NCBI GenBank assembly: GCA_035564035.1
Contig: DATMTU010000156.1
Location: forward strand, 1 to 54,764
Length of the DNA stretch: 54,764 bases
DNA from: Dongiaceae bacterium
GTDB taxonomy: Bacteria > Patescibacteriota > Saccharimonadia > Saccharimonadales > Saccharimonadaceae
Direction of reading: 5' to 3'
A model generated the notes under the pieces. The model searched no databases and was not told where the DNA came from. It saw nothing but the letters and a program-made list of their open reading frames with translations. This document shows positions 45,459 to 54,764 of this stretch, piece after piece. The translations under genes and the position numbers were made by a program. Positions within the stretch are counted from its first letter, which is position 1. Each line of letters starts with the position of its first letter.

Positions 45459-46376
45459 ATGCGCCCTATCCTCAATCGTTACGAACGTGCACGCGAACAG
45501 AACATGCTGGCTCAAGCCGCGCACGACTTCGTCTTTTCAGAGATCGATTTCGTCGTTAATCAGCCGATGGAGCTCATCTCGCGCTGGATGGACGATATCG
45601 CTCTGCCGGAACACATGCAACTTACGGCAGATAAGAAGTTCACTGCACGTATTTCGATTCTTCGGCAGATGTACGAACCCGGCCAGATCGAACCCTCCTT
45701 CGGTCGTGTCTGTGTCCTGTCTATTCCTGCTACCGGTATCGAAGACTCCGATTATCACCAGATGATCGGAAAGCTCGAATCACGGGTGGTTTGGCATCGC
45801 TTCGAGGACTTCTACGGCCCTGCAGTTGCCAAAGCGGTGATTGGCCTGGCAAAGCATCCAAGTTTCTACTCTACCGACATCGCCATCTTGCCTATCTCGG
45901 ATGTGGATACGTCGTTCGTCTTGGTCGTACGTGAACCGTCGGATACGCTGTCAGGCGAGGAGCTAAACGACTTTGCTACGAGGCAGCTTAATGCTGTCTT
46001 CACTACGCTCGCAAAGATCGAAAGTGGTGACGAATCGCTATCTCCGGTGGCACGCGAAAAGCTCCCTCTTCCCGTACGTCTACTCCAGACAGGTAATCCG
46101 GAAGATCCGAACGCGGCACCGGTTTTGGCGCGCGGTCATGGCATCGATATCGACATCGTGCTGAATGGCTGCACCGGCAATCACATCATCGACCACGCCT
46201 ACATCTCTGCTTTCTGGCACGCTTTCATTTCTTACCTTACGCAGCGCCCTGAACATGAGGTGCTGAAAGGTTTAAGCCAGGCTACCGTCAAGGTCAAGCC
46301 AGCCGATACTTACGTGGCAATGACGGCCGAGAATGCCGCTAGGCCTGACAACATTGATGCGGTGCTTGGGAGCTAA
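45459..46376 (+). CDS. Hypothetical protein
   Basis: 305-aa ORF in operon. Confidence 0.7.
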   Translation: MRPILNRYERAREQNMLAQAAHDFVFSEIDFVVNQPMELISRWMDDIALPEHMQLTADKKFTARISILRQMYEPGQIEPSFGRVCVLSIPATGIEDSDYHQMIGKLESRVVWHRFEDFYGPAVAKAVIGLAKHPSFYSTDIAILPISDVDTSFVLVVREPSDTLSGEELNDFATRQLNAVFTTLAKIESGDESLSPVAREKLPLPVRLLQTGNPEDPNAAPVLARGHGIDIDIVLNGCTGNHIIDHAYISAFWHAFISYLTQRPEHEVLKGLSQATVKVKPADTYVAMTAENAARPDNIDAVLGS

Positions 46377-46377
46377 C

Positions 46378-47226
46378 ATGAACCAAGATGAACTGAAAGG
46401 TTACGTGAAGGAAAACCTGGTGAAAGAGACTATTGTTGCACCAGATCACGATACGCTTAAGAACGATATCAAAGCTATCGCTGACGAACAAGGTCTTCCG
46501 ACGGAAGCTTCTCAGGTAGAAGCAGTTCCTACGGAATTACCTTCAGCTGGTATCGAACCTGAGCTGCCACCTGCACCTGTCATCGCCAATGACGCTTTCA
46601 TCGAGTGGATGAGGAAAGAGCATCCGAAGACTCGATTCTACAACACAGCCAACCATCATATCAACGATATCATGGCGGCACTTCCAGCGGTCACGAGTCA
46701 GTGGAAGGTACAGCAGATCGGTATGTGGCGGAAGATGGCTCAGAAGCTCTTCCAGGCTACCTTCATGCCATACCTGATGAACCCAGAGACGATTCCGTTC
46801 CTGTCGTCTAAGGGCACCTACCTCGGGTATGTGCTACTCCAGAACGCGGCGCTGACCTTCAACATCCATGTGGTGGTTCCACAGGGTACACCGGACGCGA
46901 TTCTTCCTCCGTACCCACTGGAGGGCTTCAGTGCAGCCACCTTCCTGTTGATGGGTATTCCTGAGCTAGGCCCGAAGGCTATCAACATCGGCCTCATGAA
47001 GAAGCCGGACGCATCGTTGCGTATTCTTCCTTCGCCGCTGATCTCCATGACACAAACTTTGACAGAAGGAAACATTTTCAATCTGTCTAAGGGTGCTTTG
47101 CGGTATATCGGGACGCCCCCGAAGGGGCGTCCCTTAAGCCGTAAGAGTCGTGTGGATTCTGCTGCTGCGGTGGGTTTGGCACTTGCTATGGGTGCAAGCT
47201 CCATTCCGCCTGGTGCACTGGTTTAA
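46378..47226 (+). CDS. Hypothetical protein
   Basis: GGAG RBS before ATG 46378. Confidence 0.7.
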   Translation: MNQDELKGYVKENLVKETIVAPDHDTLKNDIKAIADEQGLPTEASQVEAVPTELPSAGIEPELPPAPVIANDAFIEWMRKEHPKTRFYNTANHHINDIMAALPAVTSQWKVQQIGMWRKMAQKLFQATFMPYLMNPETIPFLSSKGTYLGYVLLQNAALTFNIHVVVPQGTPDAILPPYPLEGFSAATFLLMGIPELGPKAINIGLMKKPDASLRILPSPLISMTQTLTEGNIFNLSKGALRYIGTPPKGRPLSRKSRVDSAAAVGLALAMGASSIPPGALV

Positions 47227-47855
47227 AACGACGGATGTTGCTGGTCGGTGTAACCTGTCCTGTAGGGCCAGTCTGACGGACAATCATCACCATCACCACC
47301 CCATCCACCAAACTGATTACCGCTTCCGGAGGCCCAGCCTCCGGAGGCTGGTACCGATGTACCGTCGAGGTCACCCAGATTCGTTACTGGGAAGGCTTCA
47401 CCAAACGGTATGACATTGGTTGACAACGTTACCAGAAGTGAGCCGGTAAACGCGTAGGATGTCGATTGGGCAGCCAGGATGATATTCTGTGGATAAGGGC
47501 CAGTCGGTAACGGACCGTCAGCAAAATCCTGTGTAGAGAAGCCAGCGTTATAAAGATTGTTCAAGAGAACAAGCAGTTCACCAATGGTCGTAATACCGTT
47601 TACCGAGACCACCACACCGTTGGGTGCGTTTGCAGCCGCCCAGTCAGAAAGCGACTGCCGATTGTAATAGTAGGTCTGCCAGCCGTAGTACATCACCTGG
47701 AGCGCAGGCTGTGCATCCACTGCTGTATTGGCCGGGACTGGATCGGTATTCACACGAGGATTGGAAAAGACCACCTGATCCATCGTGAGCTGTTGTGTGT
47801 TCTTCAGGTTGATGAGATTCAACAACCGAGTCTTGCCATCAGGTGTCGGGGTCAT
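47223..47855 (-). CDS. phiKZ-type virion structural protein
   Basis: LLNLINLKN...VVFSNP...NTAV...YYGWQTYYYNRQSL...SYAFTG pattern of the phiKZ-like tail/baseplate paralogue family. Confidence 0.65.
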   Translation of the reverse strand: MTPTPDGKTRLLNLINLKNTQQLTMDQVVFSNPRVNTDPVPANTAVDAQPALQVMYYGWQTYYYNRQSLSDWAAANAPNGVVVSVNGITTIGELLVLLNNLYNAGFSTQDFADGPLPTGPYPQNIILAAQSTSYAFTGSLLVTLSTNVIPFGEAFPVTNLGDLDGTSVPASGGWASGSGNQFGGWGGDGDDCPSDWPYRTGYTDQQHPSF

Positions 47856-47947
47856 TGCGGCCTTCCATCAGAAGTTAGACAAACGAGAATAAAGAGAAAG
47901 GTCGTTTCCCGGACCTCATAACGTACGGATAAACGACCTTTCACCTC

Positions 47948-47955
47948 TATATTAC
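47948..47955 (+). promoter_or_regulatory. phiKZ-type early promoter motif TATATTAC
   Basis: Exact consensus in a divergent intergenic region, 43 nt before ATG 47999. Confidence 0.65.
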
Positions 47956-47998
47956 CGCGTGAGGTTGTATAAGCTCAATCCACTCAAGGGGGACTCCC

Positions 47999-48712
47999 AT
48001 GAAATTCATCGACAAACTCTACCTCTTCATCGCTCACCTGATCCATGGTAAAGATCATTCGGCAATCGATTTCGATGCCGATCTATCCGCAGCTGATGGC
48101 TACTTCGTCTGCTATCACAAAGAGAAGCAGAATGGCGTGGAGCGGACGATGCGTCAAGAGCATCCGTTCTACGTGACCAATCGTTCTCTGCTCAAGAACA
48201 AGGAGCGTATCCTTGCAGCACGGATCATCAGCAATGCTGTCAAGCTCGGGTACAATCCGCAATACGTGCTGTTCTTACACGATGTTGCACAGGTACCGAC
48301 AGAAGAACAAATCGAACGTGGCGTGACAGCCGCCTGTCTCTTCCGCGGTGTCTACACTCAACTGGGCCCGATTGATCCGGTGGAGTTCGCTATCGAGTAC
48401 AGCAAGTACCAGAAGCGTGTGGATGAGATCATCGAGACAGGTGTGGCGCCGAAGAAATTCGACTTCACGGGACGGCCATCGAGGTTCAGTGACCGCATCA
48501 CGAAGCGTGCGCTGGATATCGCTACCACGCCACGTGGTTTGACACCGCTTTCTCTGCTGGCTGATCGCTACACACCAGCGAAGCAAAATTCACCGATCAA
48601 GCCATTCCGCACCAAACTTCCGTTCCAACCGCGGATTGCATTCGAGCAAACCGTCGGTAAGTACCGTGTTTCGGAAAAGTTTCCGGAGCACTTCATCACC
48701 CACGCACGTTAA
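47999..48712 (+). CDS. Hypothetical protein
   Basis: GGGGGA RBS, 237 aa. Confidence 0.7.
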   Translation: MKFIDKLYLFIAHLIHGKDHSAIDFDADLSAADGYFVCYHKEKQNGVERTMRQEHPFYVTNRSLLKNKERILAARIISNAVKLGYNPQYVLFLHDVAQVPTEEQIERGVTAACLFRGVYTQLGPIDPVEFAIEYSKYQKRVDEIIETGVAPKKFDFTGRPSRFSDRITKRALDIATTPRGLTPLSLLADRYTPAKQNSPIKPFRTKLPFQPRIAFEQTVGKYRVSEKFPEHFITHAR

Positions 48713-48726
48713 ACCAGGGGAAGCAT

Positions 48727-48978
48727 GTGAGCAAGACCATCGAACAGCGCGTCATCGCACTGGCTGCACTCCACACCGGTCATCGGGAAGAAGAGATCAA
48801 AACCACCGACCGGATCGTCGAGGATCTCGGCGCGGATTCACTCGATACCATCGAGCTGGTGATGGCAATCGAAGAAGACTTCGATTTCGAGATCCCGGAT
48901 GAGGACGCTGAGCGCATCACCTCGATCCAGCAAGCGATCGATTACGTGAGAGCGCACGCACCGAAGGTTACCGGTTAA
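48727..48978 (+). CDS. acpP: Acyl carrier protein
   Basis: [31 protein letters not shown] with intact phosphopantetheine Ser. Confidence 0.95.
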   Translation: MSKTIEQRVIALAALHTGHREEEIKTTDRIVEDLGADSLDTIELVMAIEEDFDFEIPDEDAERITSIQQAIDYVRAHAPKVTG

Positions 48979-49040
48979 TCCATACAGCCCCACCTTTCGG
49001 TGGGGCTGTATGTCCCTACACACATTCAGGACAATTTACC

Positions 49041-49457
49041 ATGACGGATATCGAACCCGTTTCGGTACTTTACATCAGTACCAGTCTGAGCCTTCTCTGC
49101 CGCGAAATCGATCTCCATTTGAAGCAATCGGTATTTGTAGATCACCGCGATATCGAAAGCCTCCAGCTTCGCCATGACGAACTCAAAGCATCTATCGATC
49201 AACTTCGCATCCATGCACTGACCTACAAGTACGGTCACGGGTTGAGTGCAGCAAGCTGGAAACAAGTCATGGATACGAGCAATCATGTCGTCGATGCTAT
49301 CAAAGCTGCGCGGATGGCGTATGGTTTAGACATCAAAGACGCCAGAGATCTGGTGATAGCCTACCGTGACAAGAAGTACGCATTTTCTCCCAGGCCGCAG
49401 AAATACGATGATACGCAAGGGTCTATCGATGAATGGGTACCTGGTCGTACGCTCTAA
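49041..49457 (+). CDS. Protein with ribosomal L7/L12 C-terminal-like domain
   Basis: VDAIKAARMAYGLDIKDARDLV resembles the AIKxxRxxTGLxLKEAKDxV signature. Confidence 0.5.
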   Translation: MTDIEPVSVLYISTSLSLLCREIDLHLKQSVFVDHRDIESLQLRHDELKASIDQLRIHALTYKYGHGLSAASWKQVMDTSNHVVDAIKAARMAYGLDIKDARDLVIAYRDKKYAFSPRPQKYDDTQGSIDEWVPGRTL

Positions 49458-49467
49458 AGAGAACATA

Positions 49468-49500
49468 AAAGAGGAGCCTTTCGGCTCCTCTTTTTTTTTT
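49468..49500. terminator. Bidirectional intrinsic terminator
   Basis: AAAAGAGGAGCC-TTTC-GGCTCCTCTTTT between convergent genes. Confidence 0.85.
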
Positions 49501-49507
49501 GTTTGTT

Positions 49508-49852
49508 TTAACTTCCTAACACTTTGTACGTGAGGTAACCATACAAGATGAGGATGCCTACTTCAGCCACAATGTGATAGATGATCATTCGAGAATAATC
49601 CGGAATACGCTCCAACAATGCACTTAAAGCCAACATCATCATCTCCATGGTCACTAACTGCCAGGGATGATCGTATCGTATTACGTAGTACGCGGGGAGA
49701 CTCAAAACGCCTTCAAAGAGGGATTGGAGAATAACGAAGAGAGACCAGTTACGCATGTGCCTATCGCGGGCATTTGTATACCAGTCGTCTAGCGCATTCG
49801 TGGCGAGAAAGTGTTTCAGGACAAAGGCTAGAAAGACCAGTAGGTAGGCCAT
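49508..49852 (-). CDS. Multi-TM membrane protein
   Basis: Three to four hydrophobic segments. Confidence 0.6.
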   Translation of the reverse strand: MAYLLVFLAFVLKHFLATNALDDWYTNARDRHMRNWSLFVILQSLFEGVLSLPAYYVIRYDHPWQLVTMEMMMLALSALLERIPDYSRMIIYHIVAEVGILILYGYLTYKVLGS

Positions 49853-49952
49853 AACTGTCTCTCTTTTTTAAAAGGCTAAACATACGATGAAGCTTTATCA
49901 TTTTACGCCATAAAAAGAGAGAGGGCCAGAGGCCCTCTCTCTACGTCCTACA

Positions 49953-51479
49953 TCAGCTCCAGAAGGGGCCACCACCGCCATCCGCCAGTGTATCACCGCC
50001 CACGACTTTACGAGACGTATCGGGCTTACCGATATCATCCACAATACCGCCTACTTCGTTAAATCGATAGACGACGAAGAGGTCGGCTACCGGTGTCACA
50101 TTGTAGCGGTGCTTGCCGCGCTGCATCGTGAGGTACTTGACACCATTGACCGTAACCAGATGACAAATGATCTCAATGTCAGCTTCTTGATCGATCTTCG
50201 AGCAGTCATCGTAGTAGCCCTTTGTCGCCACCTCTTTTGCGAAATCTTCTTCACTGCCGTTACGCACAAGTTGTCGAGCACCCGGTGACAGCTGATGTGG
50301 TGTTGCAAAGAAGATACCGCGCTTAGACATGAAGTTACGTGTACGACGATAGAGATCACGAATAGCGCCGCCTTGTGCACCGGTGTGATCACATCCTTTC
50401 TTCGACATCATGTTTAGGTAGTCACAGAGAATACTGTGAACTTCAAAACCTTCCAACTCCCATTTGATCACCAGATCAAAAAGATCCTGATGTGTAAAGT
50501 TGGTCGGGTCGAAGTGGAGTAGCTTAACGGTGTATCCGGTTGACTGTAACTTGTCCTTAAGGTACAGGAATGCTTCTTCGAGGTTGATGGTCTTTGGATC
50601 TACCTTCTGTCCTGTCTCTTGTTCGCGAATGCGAATGTAGAGTTCCATGACATTGGGTGGAATATCATTCTCAAACGAGATGTATGCAACAAGCGGTTTC
50701 TTACCGGGTGTTCGGATAACCGGTGTGTTATACTGACAGATCCATCGGAACAAATCAAGACACAAACCGGATTTGTACATGTGAGGTAGTGCACCGATGA
50801 TGAGGAATTCACCACCACGAGCACCGCGCTTCTTACCCCACATGCGATTGAAACCTTGAAGACCAAAGGTCATGATACCAATGGACTCTTGTTCGTCTTT
50901 CGCTTTCTTGAAGAGCTTCATGGCAAGATCGACATTATCAAAATCGAACTCGTCAATCATTTCTCCTGCACCGGCATCGCCGTTGGTCATGTACGGCTCA
51001 AGACGCTGTGCATGTTCATGGACAAAGGTATCCCAGTTCACCGTTTCCGGCCGATAGTTGACACGACGGAAAGAGTCGGTAAGGATTTCTTTGATTTTGA
51101 TCTGGTTGAAGTACTGTCGAATCTCTTTGCGTACTTCGGTCACTGCGCGCTTCAACGCATCGGGATCAGCATCGATGCTGGTACCGCGTTCGATAGCTTC
51201 GAAGAGACTCTCGTCGCCAGCGGTATTGAGTTTAATGCGCTGATAGAAAGAGCTTTTCTCGTAGTACTGATCTTGTCCAGCGTCGCACATCCAAAGCGCC
51301 GTGGACTTGAGGTTAGCCATGATCTCACGGCCTGCCTCTGTATCTAATGTAGTTTCTGCTTGTCGAATGGTTCCTATGGCTTCTTTGCAAAGCGCTCCCG
51401 ATTGCACACTGCGATCGGCGAGCTTGCTCTCATTATGAAGCAATGTGATAATTTTGACCAGTAACAGTTTCGGGTCCAT
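49953..51479 (-). CDS. DnaB-like (SF4) replicative helicase, phiKZ gp118-like
   Basis: GALPHMYKS Walker A variant, YISFEN, DYLNMM, TPHQLS, IDQEAD, QRGKHR. Confidence 0.9.
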   Translation of the reverse strand: MDPKLLLVKIITLLHNESKLADRSVQSGALCKEAIGTIRQAETTLDTEAGREIMANLKSTALWMCDAGQDQYYEKSSFYQRIKLNTAGDESLFEAIERGTSIDADPDALKRAVTEVRKEIRQYFNQIKIKEILTDSFRRVNYRPETVNWDTFVHEHAQRLEPYMTNGDAGAGEMIDEFDFDNVDLAMKLFKKAKDEQESIGIMTFGLQGFNRMWGKKRGARGGEFLIIGALPHMYKSGLCLDLFRWICQYNTPVIRTPGKKPLVAYISFENDIPPNVMELYIRIREQETGQKVDPKTINLEEAFLYLKDKLQSTGYTVKLLHFDPTNFTHQDLFDLVIKWELEGFEVHSILCDYLNMMSKKGCDHTGAQGGAIRDLYRRTRNFMSKRGIFFATPHQLSPGARQLVRNGSEEDFAKEVATKGYYDDCSKIDQEADIEIICHLVTVNGVKYLTMQRGKHRYNVTPVADLFVVYRFNEVGGIVDDIGKPDTSRKVVGGDTLADGGGGPFWS

Positions 51480-51514
51480 GAGGGTCCGGCAGATCAGATA
51501 GAGGGTTAGGCGCC

Positions 51515-52105
51515 ATGAAAATTCTGTACGTCCCGCACTGGCTCAAGACCGCATTAAAGGGTCGTGGGGCCCACCAGAAAATTTACACGGATATCGCCGG
51601 GTTGCTGAGCATAGTATCCGCCGAGGACGTAGGGTTCTATTTGTACCTGAATATCAATATCGGAAAGCTGGTGCCGGACGGTATTGTGGGCACGTTCCAG
51701 ACTCACGGATACGAGCTTTTCGATCAGCTTCATCGGATCGGTGGCGACAAGGTCACCGAGGTCATGCGCTCCTGGCCGCAATACGATGTCGACTACAAGA
51801 GCCGACCCATCGAGAACACCGACCATGTCCTTACATCGGACTTGGGCGATGAGGATACGATCATCTTCACTCATGTGAAGCCTGATCAGCGCATTCTGAC
51901 GGAAGTGGGGTATAACCCTTTGCTGTGGCTTTACAGCCGGGTTATCCGTCAGTACCATCCGTTCGTCGACTTTGAGACGTTAGCGGATACCCCGCTCTTC
52001 TTGGCCTATTTGAGGACGAAGTCCTTGATGCCTGAAGAAGCGGGTGAGAATCTCAAGAACGCTCCTAAAGTCGAGCCGGAGGTGCCCCAACCGGTAGCCG
52101 CCTGA
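51515..52105 (+). CDS. Hypothetical protein between helicase and capsid genes (phiKZ gp119 position)
   Basis: Synteny; 196-aa ORF. Confidence 0.6.
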   Translation: MKILYVPHWLKTALKGRGAHQKIYTDIAGLLSIVSAEDVGFYLYLNINIGKLVPDGIVGTFQTHGYELFDQLHRIGGDKVTEVMRSWPQYDVDYKSRPIENTDHVLTSDLGDEDTIIFTHVKPDQRILTEVGYNPLLWLYSRVIRQYHPFVDFETLADTPLFLAYLRTKSLMPEEAGENLKNAPKVEPEVPQPVAA

Positions 52106-52283
52106 TTAGGTAGTAACTTATCAATGGTATAGACGTTTTTTCTTTTGAAGAACGTCTTGCCTGTGTTTGCTGTCGCGTCAGAAACGGTGCACCCGGCCAT
52201 CACCGTTGATTTAATAGTATGGCGGTCACGCCGGGTACGTGACACGTACCGCTCGTCCACTTTGTTACGTCAAGGAAACAAGC

Positions 52284-54698
52284 ATGAAACTGATCAACGT
52301 TACCCAGCAAGGTAACAACAAGCTCAACACGGTGGTTGAGCGGTTGCGCACCCAGATCAACGAAGGCGGTGCTTCGTTCGCCAGCCCGGAAGTGACCAAA
52401 GGCCTGATTTCGCTGGAAGGCGCAGGCAGTGCCGTCGTTTCCATGGTGGAGAATTCCGCCCGCGGTATCTACGACAACCTGAAGTCGCTGGTCCAGAACA
52501 TCGCCGTGGAGGCGTTTGCTGGTGCCGATGACATCTCGATGGAAGAGTTCGCCATCGACGAGAACAGCATCACCGATGCTCGTGCTCGCAAGGAACACAT
52601 CCGTCGCATCAACGTCGCCCTGGAATCGGGTGCGTATGCTGCGCTGGCCGCCGGTGCCGCTGGTGAGTATGCTCGCAAGGCGTACACCAACCTGCAGCCG
52701 CGCTCCAACTCCAGCAAGACCCATCGCGTGACCCTGGTCGAAGCGAATGGCATGGGCGCCCACGGCTCCATGGACTACCGTTCGGCTTTGCACCCGGCGC
52801 TGGAATCGTTCGACGAACGCGAGCTGCACAATACCCTGCCGTACTCGGTGGCGTTCAACGTGTACGCCAGCCGTCAGGACGACCTGTCGGAAACCTTCTT
52901 CCCGACCACCGTCGTGACTCCTGACCAGGCCGGTATCGACGTGACCGTCAGCCGCCTGCTGGTGTTCAACGAGGTGATCCACCAGATCAGCGGCAAGAAG
53001 GCCGAGTTCAACAAGAAGAACGTGATCGACGCGTACGCCGATTACACCATTCTGGGTGACGAGAATACCCGCCTGATCCCGGTGCTGCTGACCGACGGCT
53101 CCAACGCCTCTGTCTTCGCTCCGAGTGCGGTGGCTGCTTCGTTCTACCTGGAGCTGAAGGGCAATCTGGTTCAGACTGCTCCGCTGCTGATGAACCAGGA
53201 AGTCGACCTGCTGGGTCTGTCGAACGACCAGTACCTGATCGGTCTGTCGGTGATCGACAACACCGACTCCATGGACGCTCGTATCGCCCTGGACAACCTG
53301 TACATCAACTTCGGCGGCGCCAACTCGAAGTCCGTGCGTTTCGCGACCAGTCGCTTCCCGCGCAGCACCTTCGTGAAGAGCGTGGAGGGTAACTTCCGCG
53401 AGATGAACCTGCAGTTCATCACCAACAACCTGGTGGTGAATGCCGAGACCGTGTTCAACGACATGTCGGCGGCTTCGTTCCTGCCGTCCGAGATCACCTC
53501 GGGTGGTTACGTGGCTCGTCTGGCTGTGACGGTCAACGGTGTGGCGAACGTCGAGTTCGGTAACATCCGTCTGTTCCCGTCGCAGGTGACCGTGGACTCC
53601 GTGCAGGATGCCAACGGTGATGACGTCAGCCTGACCACGGGTGCCGGTGCGGCCATCGTGACTGCGCTGAATCAGGCTTCCGCTGTGGCGTACGATCTGC
53701 ATGCCTACCGCACGAACCTGAACCGTCGTGAGCGTGGTCTGCTGCTCGATACCACCTACGAGACCGAGCGTTACACCATCCCGCTGGCTTCGCCGATCTC
53801 GGCTCCCAGCCCGATCGTGGCGGCTCGTGACGCTAGTGACCTGAAGGCGCTGATCACCACCTGTCGTATTCGCAACAGCAACAACGCGATCACGGCGATG
53901 CTGAACTACGCCGACACCCTGCGCAGCTACGTGCAGAACGCTCCTCGTAACAGCGAGAGCGCTGCTGCTATCGTGGGTATCCAGGGTATGGGTCGTTACC
54001 TGGTCAAGCCGTACTACAAGGAGATCAACCTGGATCTCATGGAGGCAACCAGCAACATCAAGTCGTACGAGAAGGCTGCTGACGTGGCCATGGCTCTCGT
54101 CAACTCGGTGCGTTCGCTGTCGTACGACGCGTACCAGAAGTCGTACTACCAGCCTGCGATGGATGCTGTGACCGGTGGTTCGGGTGAGACCCCGACCCTG
54201 GTGATCGCGACCGACCAGGTCCTGGTGCGCCACCTGATGGTCTCGGGTGATACCCGTACCTTCGGCACCATGTTCGACAAGTTCCTGGTCAAGAGCTCGC
54301 CTGACAAGCGCCTGTACGGTCAGATCATCGGTTCGTTCATCCGTGAGGGTGTGACGGGTCCTGATCCGCTGACCTTCGGTACTCATGCGTGGATTCCGGA
54401 GCTGACCTCCAGTGTGACCGTGAGCCGCAACAACGCGACCGTCAAGGAAGCGATGGTGCAGCCGCGTACGCTCCACATCTGCAACCTGCCGGTGATGTTC
54501 AAGATCAACGTGCTGAACCTGGAGCAGGTGCTGGGCGAGCGTATCTCCATGTCGATGGAAACCGAGTCGGTGACCTCGTTCACGGATGGTACCACGGACG
54601 TGACTGGCAACTTCATCAGCAACGGTGTGTCGGGTGCGGAAGGTGGTACTGTCCCGCTCAATGCTTCCGGCCAGTCGATCGACGCCTCTGGCGCCTGA
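52284..54698 (+). CDS. Major capsid protein precursor, phiKZ gp120-like
   Basis: PALESFD, ASRQDDLSETFFPTTVV, TAPL, AYRTNLNRRERG, VQPRTLHICNLPV motifs; strong codon bias; AAGGA RBS; multiple S/A-x-E maturation sites in the propeptide. Confidence 0.93.
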   Translation: MKLINVTQQGNNKLNTVVERLRTQINEGGASFASPEVTKGLISLEGAGSAVVSMVENSARGIYDNLKSLVQNIAVEAFAGADDISMEEFAIDENSITDARARKEHIRRINVALESGAYAALAAGAAGEYARKAYTNLQPRSNSSKTHRVTLVEANGMGAHGSMDYRSALHPALESFDERELHNTLPYSVAFNVYASRQDDLSETFFPTTVVTPDQAGIDVTVSRLLVFNEVIHQISGKKAEFNKKNVIDAYADYTILGDENTRLIPVLLTDGSNASVFAPSAVAASFYLELKGNLVQTAPLLMNQEVDLLGLSNDQYLIGLSVIDNTDSMDARIALDNLYINFGGANSKSVRFATSRFPRSTFVKSVEGNFREMNLQFITNNLVVNAETVFNDMSAASFLPSEITSGGYVARLAVTVNGVANVEFGNIRLFPSQVTVDSVQDANGDDVSLTTGAGAAIVTALNQASAVAYDLHAYRTNLNRRERGLLLDTTYETERYTIPLASPISAPSPIVAARDASDLKALITTCRIRNSNNAITAMLNYADTLRSYVQNAPRNSESAAAIVGIQGMGRYLVKPYYKEINLDLMEATSNIKSYEKAADVAMALVNSVRSLSYDAYQKSYYQPAMDAVTGGSGETPTLVIATDQVLVRHLMVSGDTRTFGTMFDKFLVKSSPDKRLYGQIIGSFIREGVTGPDPLTFGTHAWIPELTSSVTVSRNNATVKEAMVQPRTLHICNLPVMFKINVLNLEQVLGERISMSMETESVTSFTDGTTDVTGNFISNGVSGAEGGTVPLNASGQSIDASGA

Positions 54699-54750
54699 TA
54701 GTCAGAAGTTCGTGCGGTAGCAACACCAGGCGTAACAAGTGGAAACAGGA

Positions 54751-54764
54751 GGGGCTTCGGCCCC
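54751..54764 (+). terminator. Probable terminator hairpin, truncated by window end
   Basis: GGGGC-TTCG-GCCCC. Confidence 0.6.

Noticed and set aside
52218..52221. TATG late promoter upstream of the capsid gene (and other intergenic TATG sites)
   Set aside because: Consistent with phiKZ late promoters, but a 4-mer cannot be supported without TSS data
52200..54476. 758-aa antisense ORF opposite the capsid gene
   Set aside because: Shadow of strong codon bias in the capsid gene; no recognisable motifs

Overview
Segment of a phiKZ-related (Chimalliviridae-like) jumbo phage genome, probably infecting a proteobacterium. The family call rests on a phiKZ-type major capsid gene next to a DnaB-like helicase, TATATTAC-type early promoters and a phiKZ-type virion protein. 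1-10.7 kb is a receptor-binding module: two fibres sharing an N-terminal anchor, a KpsS/KpsC-like glycosyltransferase, a Thr/Ser-repeat adhesin carrying a Hint domain, and a heparinase II/III-like lyase. 15.7-18.7 kb is a dense RNA island: tRNA-Leu(UAA), tRNA-Thr(UGU), a circularly permuted two-piece tmRNA, a type I hammerhead ribozyme, a ~725-nt large structured RNA and further tRNA-like/structured RNAs, with a cyclic-phosphate receiver-domain gene and an S4-domain gene. The rest is accessory genes (HslV-like protease with Hint-like fragments, GNAT, ART-like, S53 peptidase, dcd, phoH, lipoprotein SleB-type hydrolase, GT-A, gp49/66-MazG fusion, Bcs1-like AAA, ACP). A small two-TM protein carries an 18-aa copy of a major-capsid peptide. 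All family calls are from motif recognition by eye; no database search was run.
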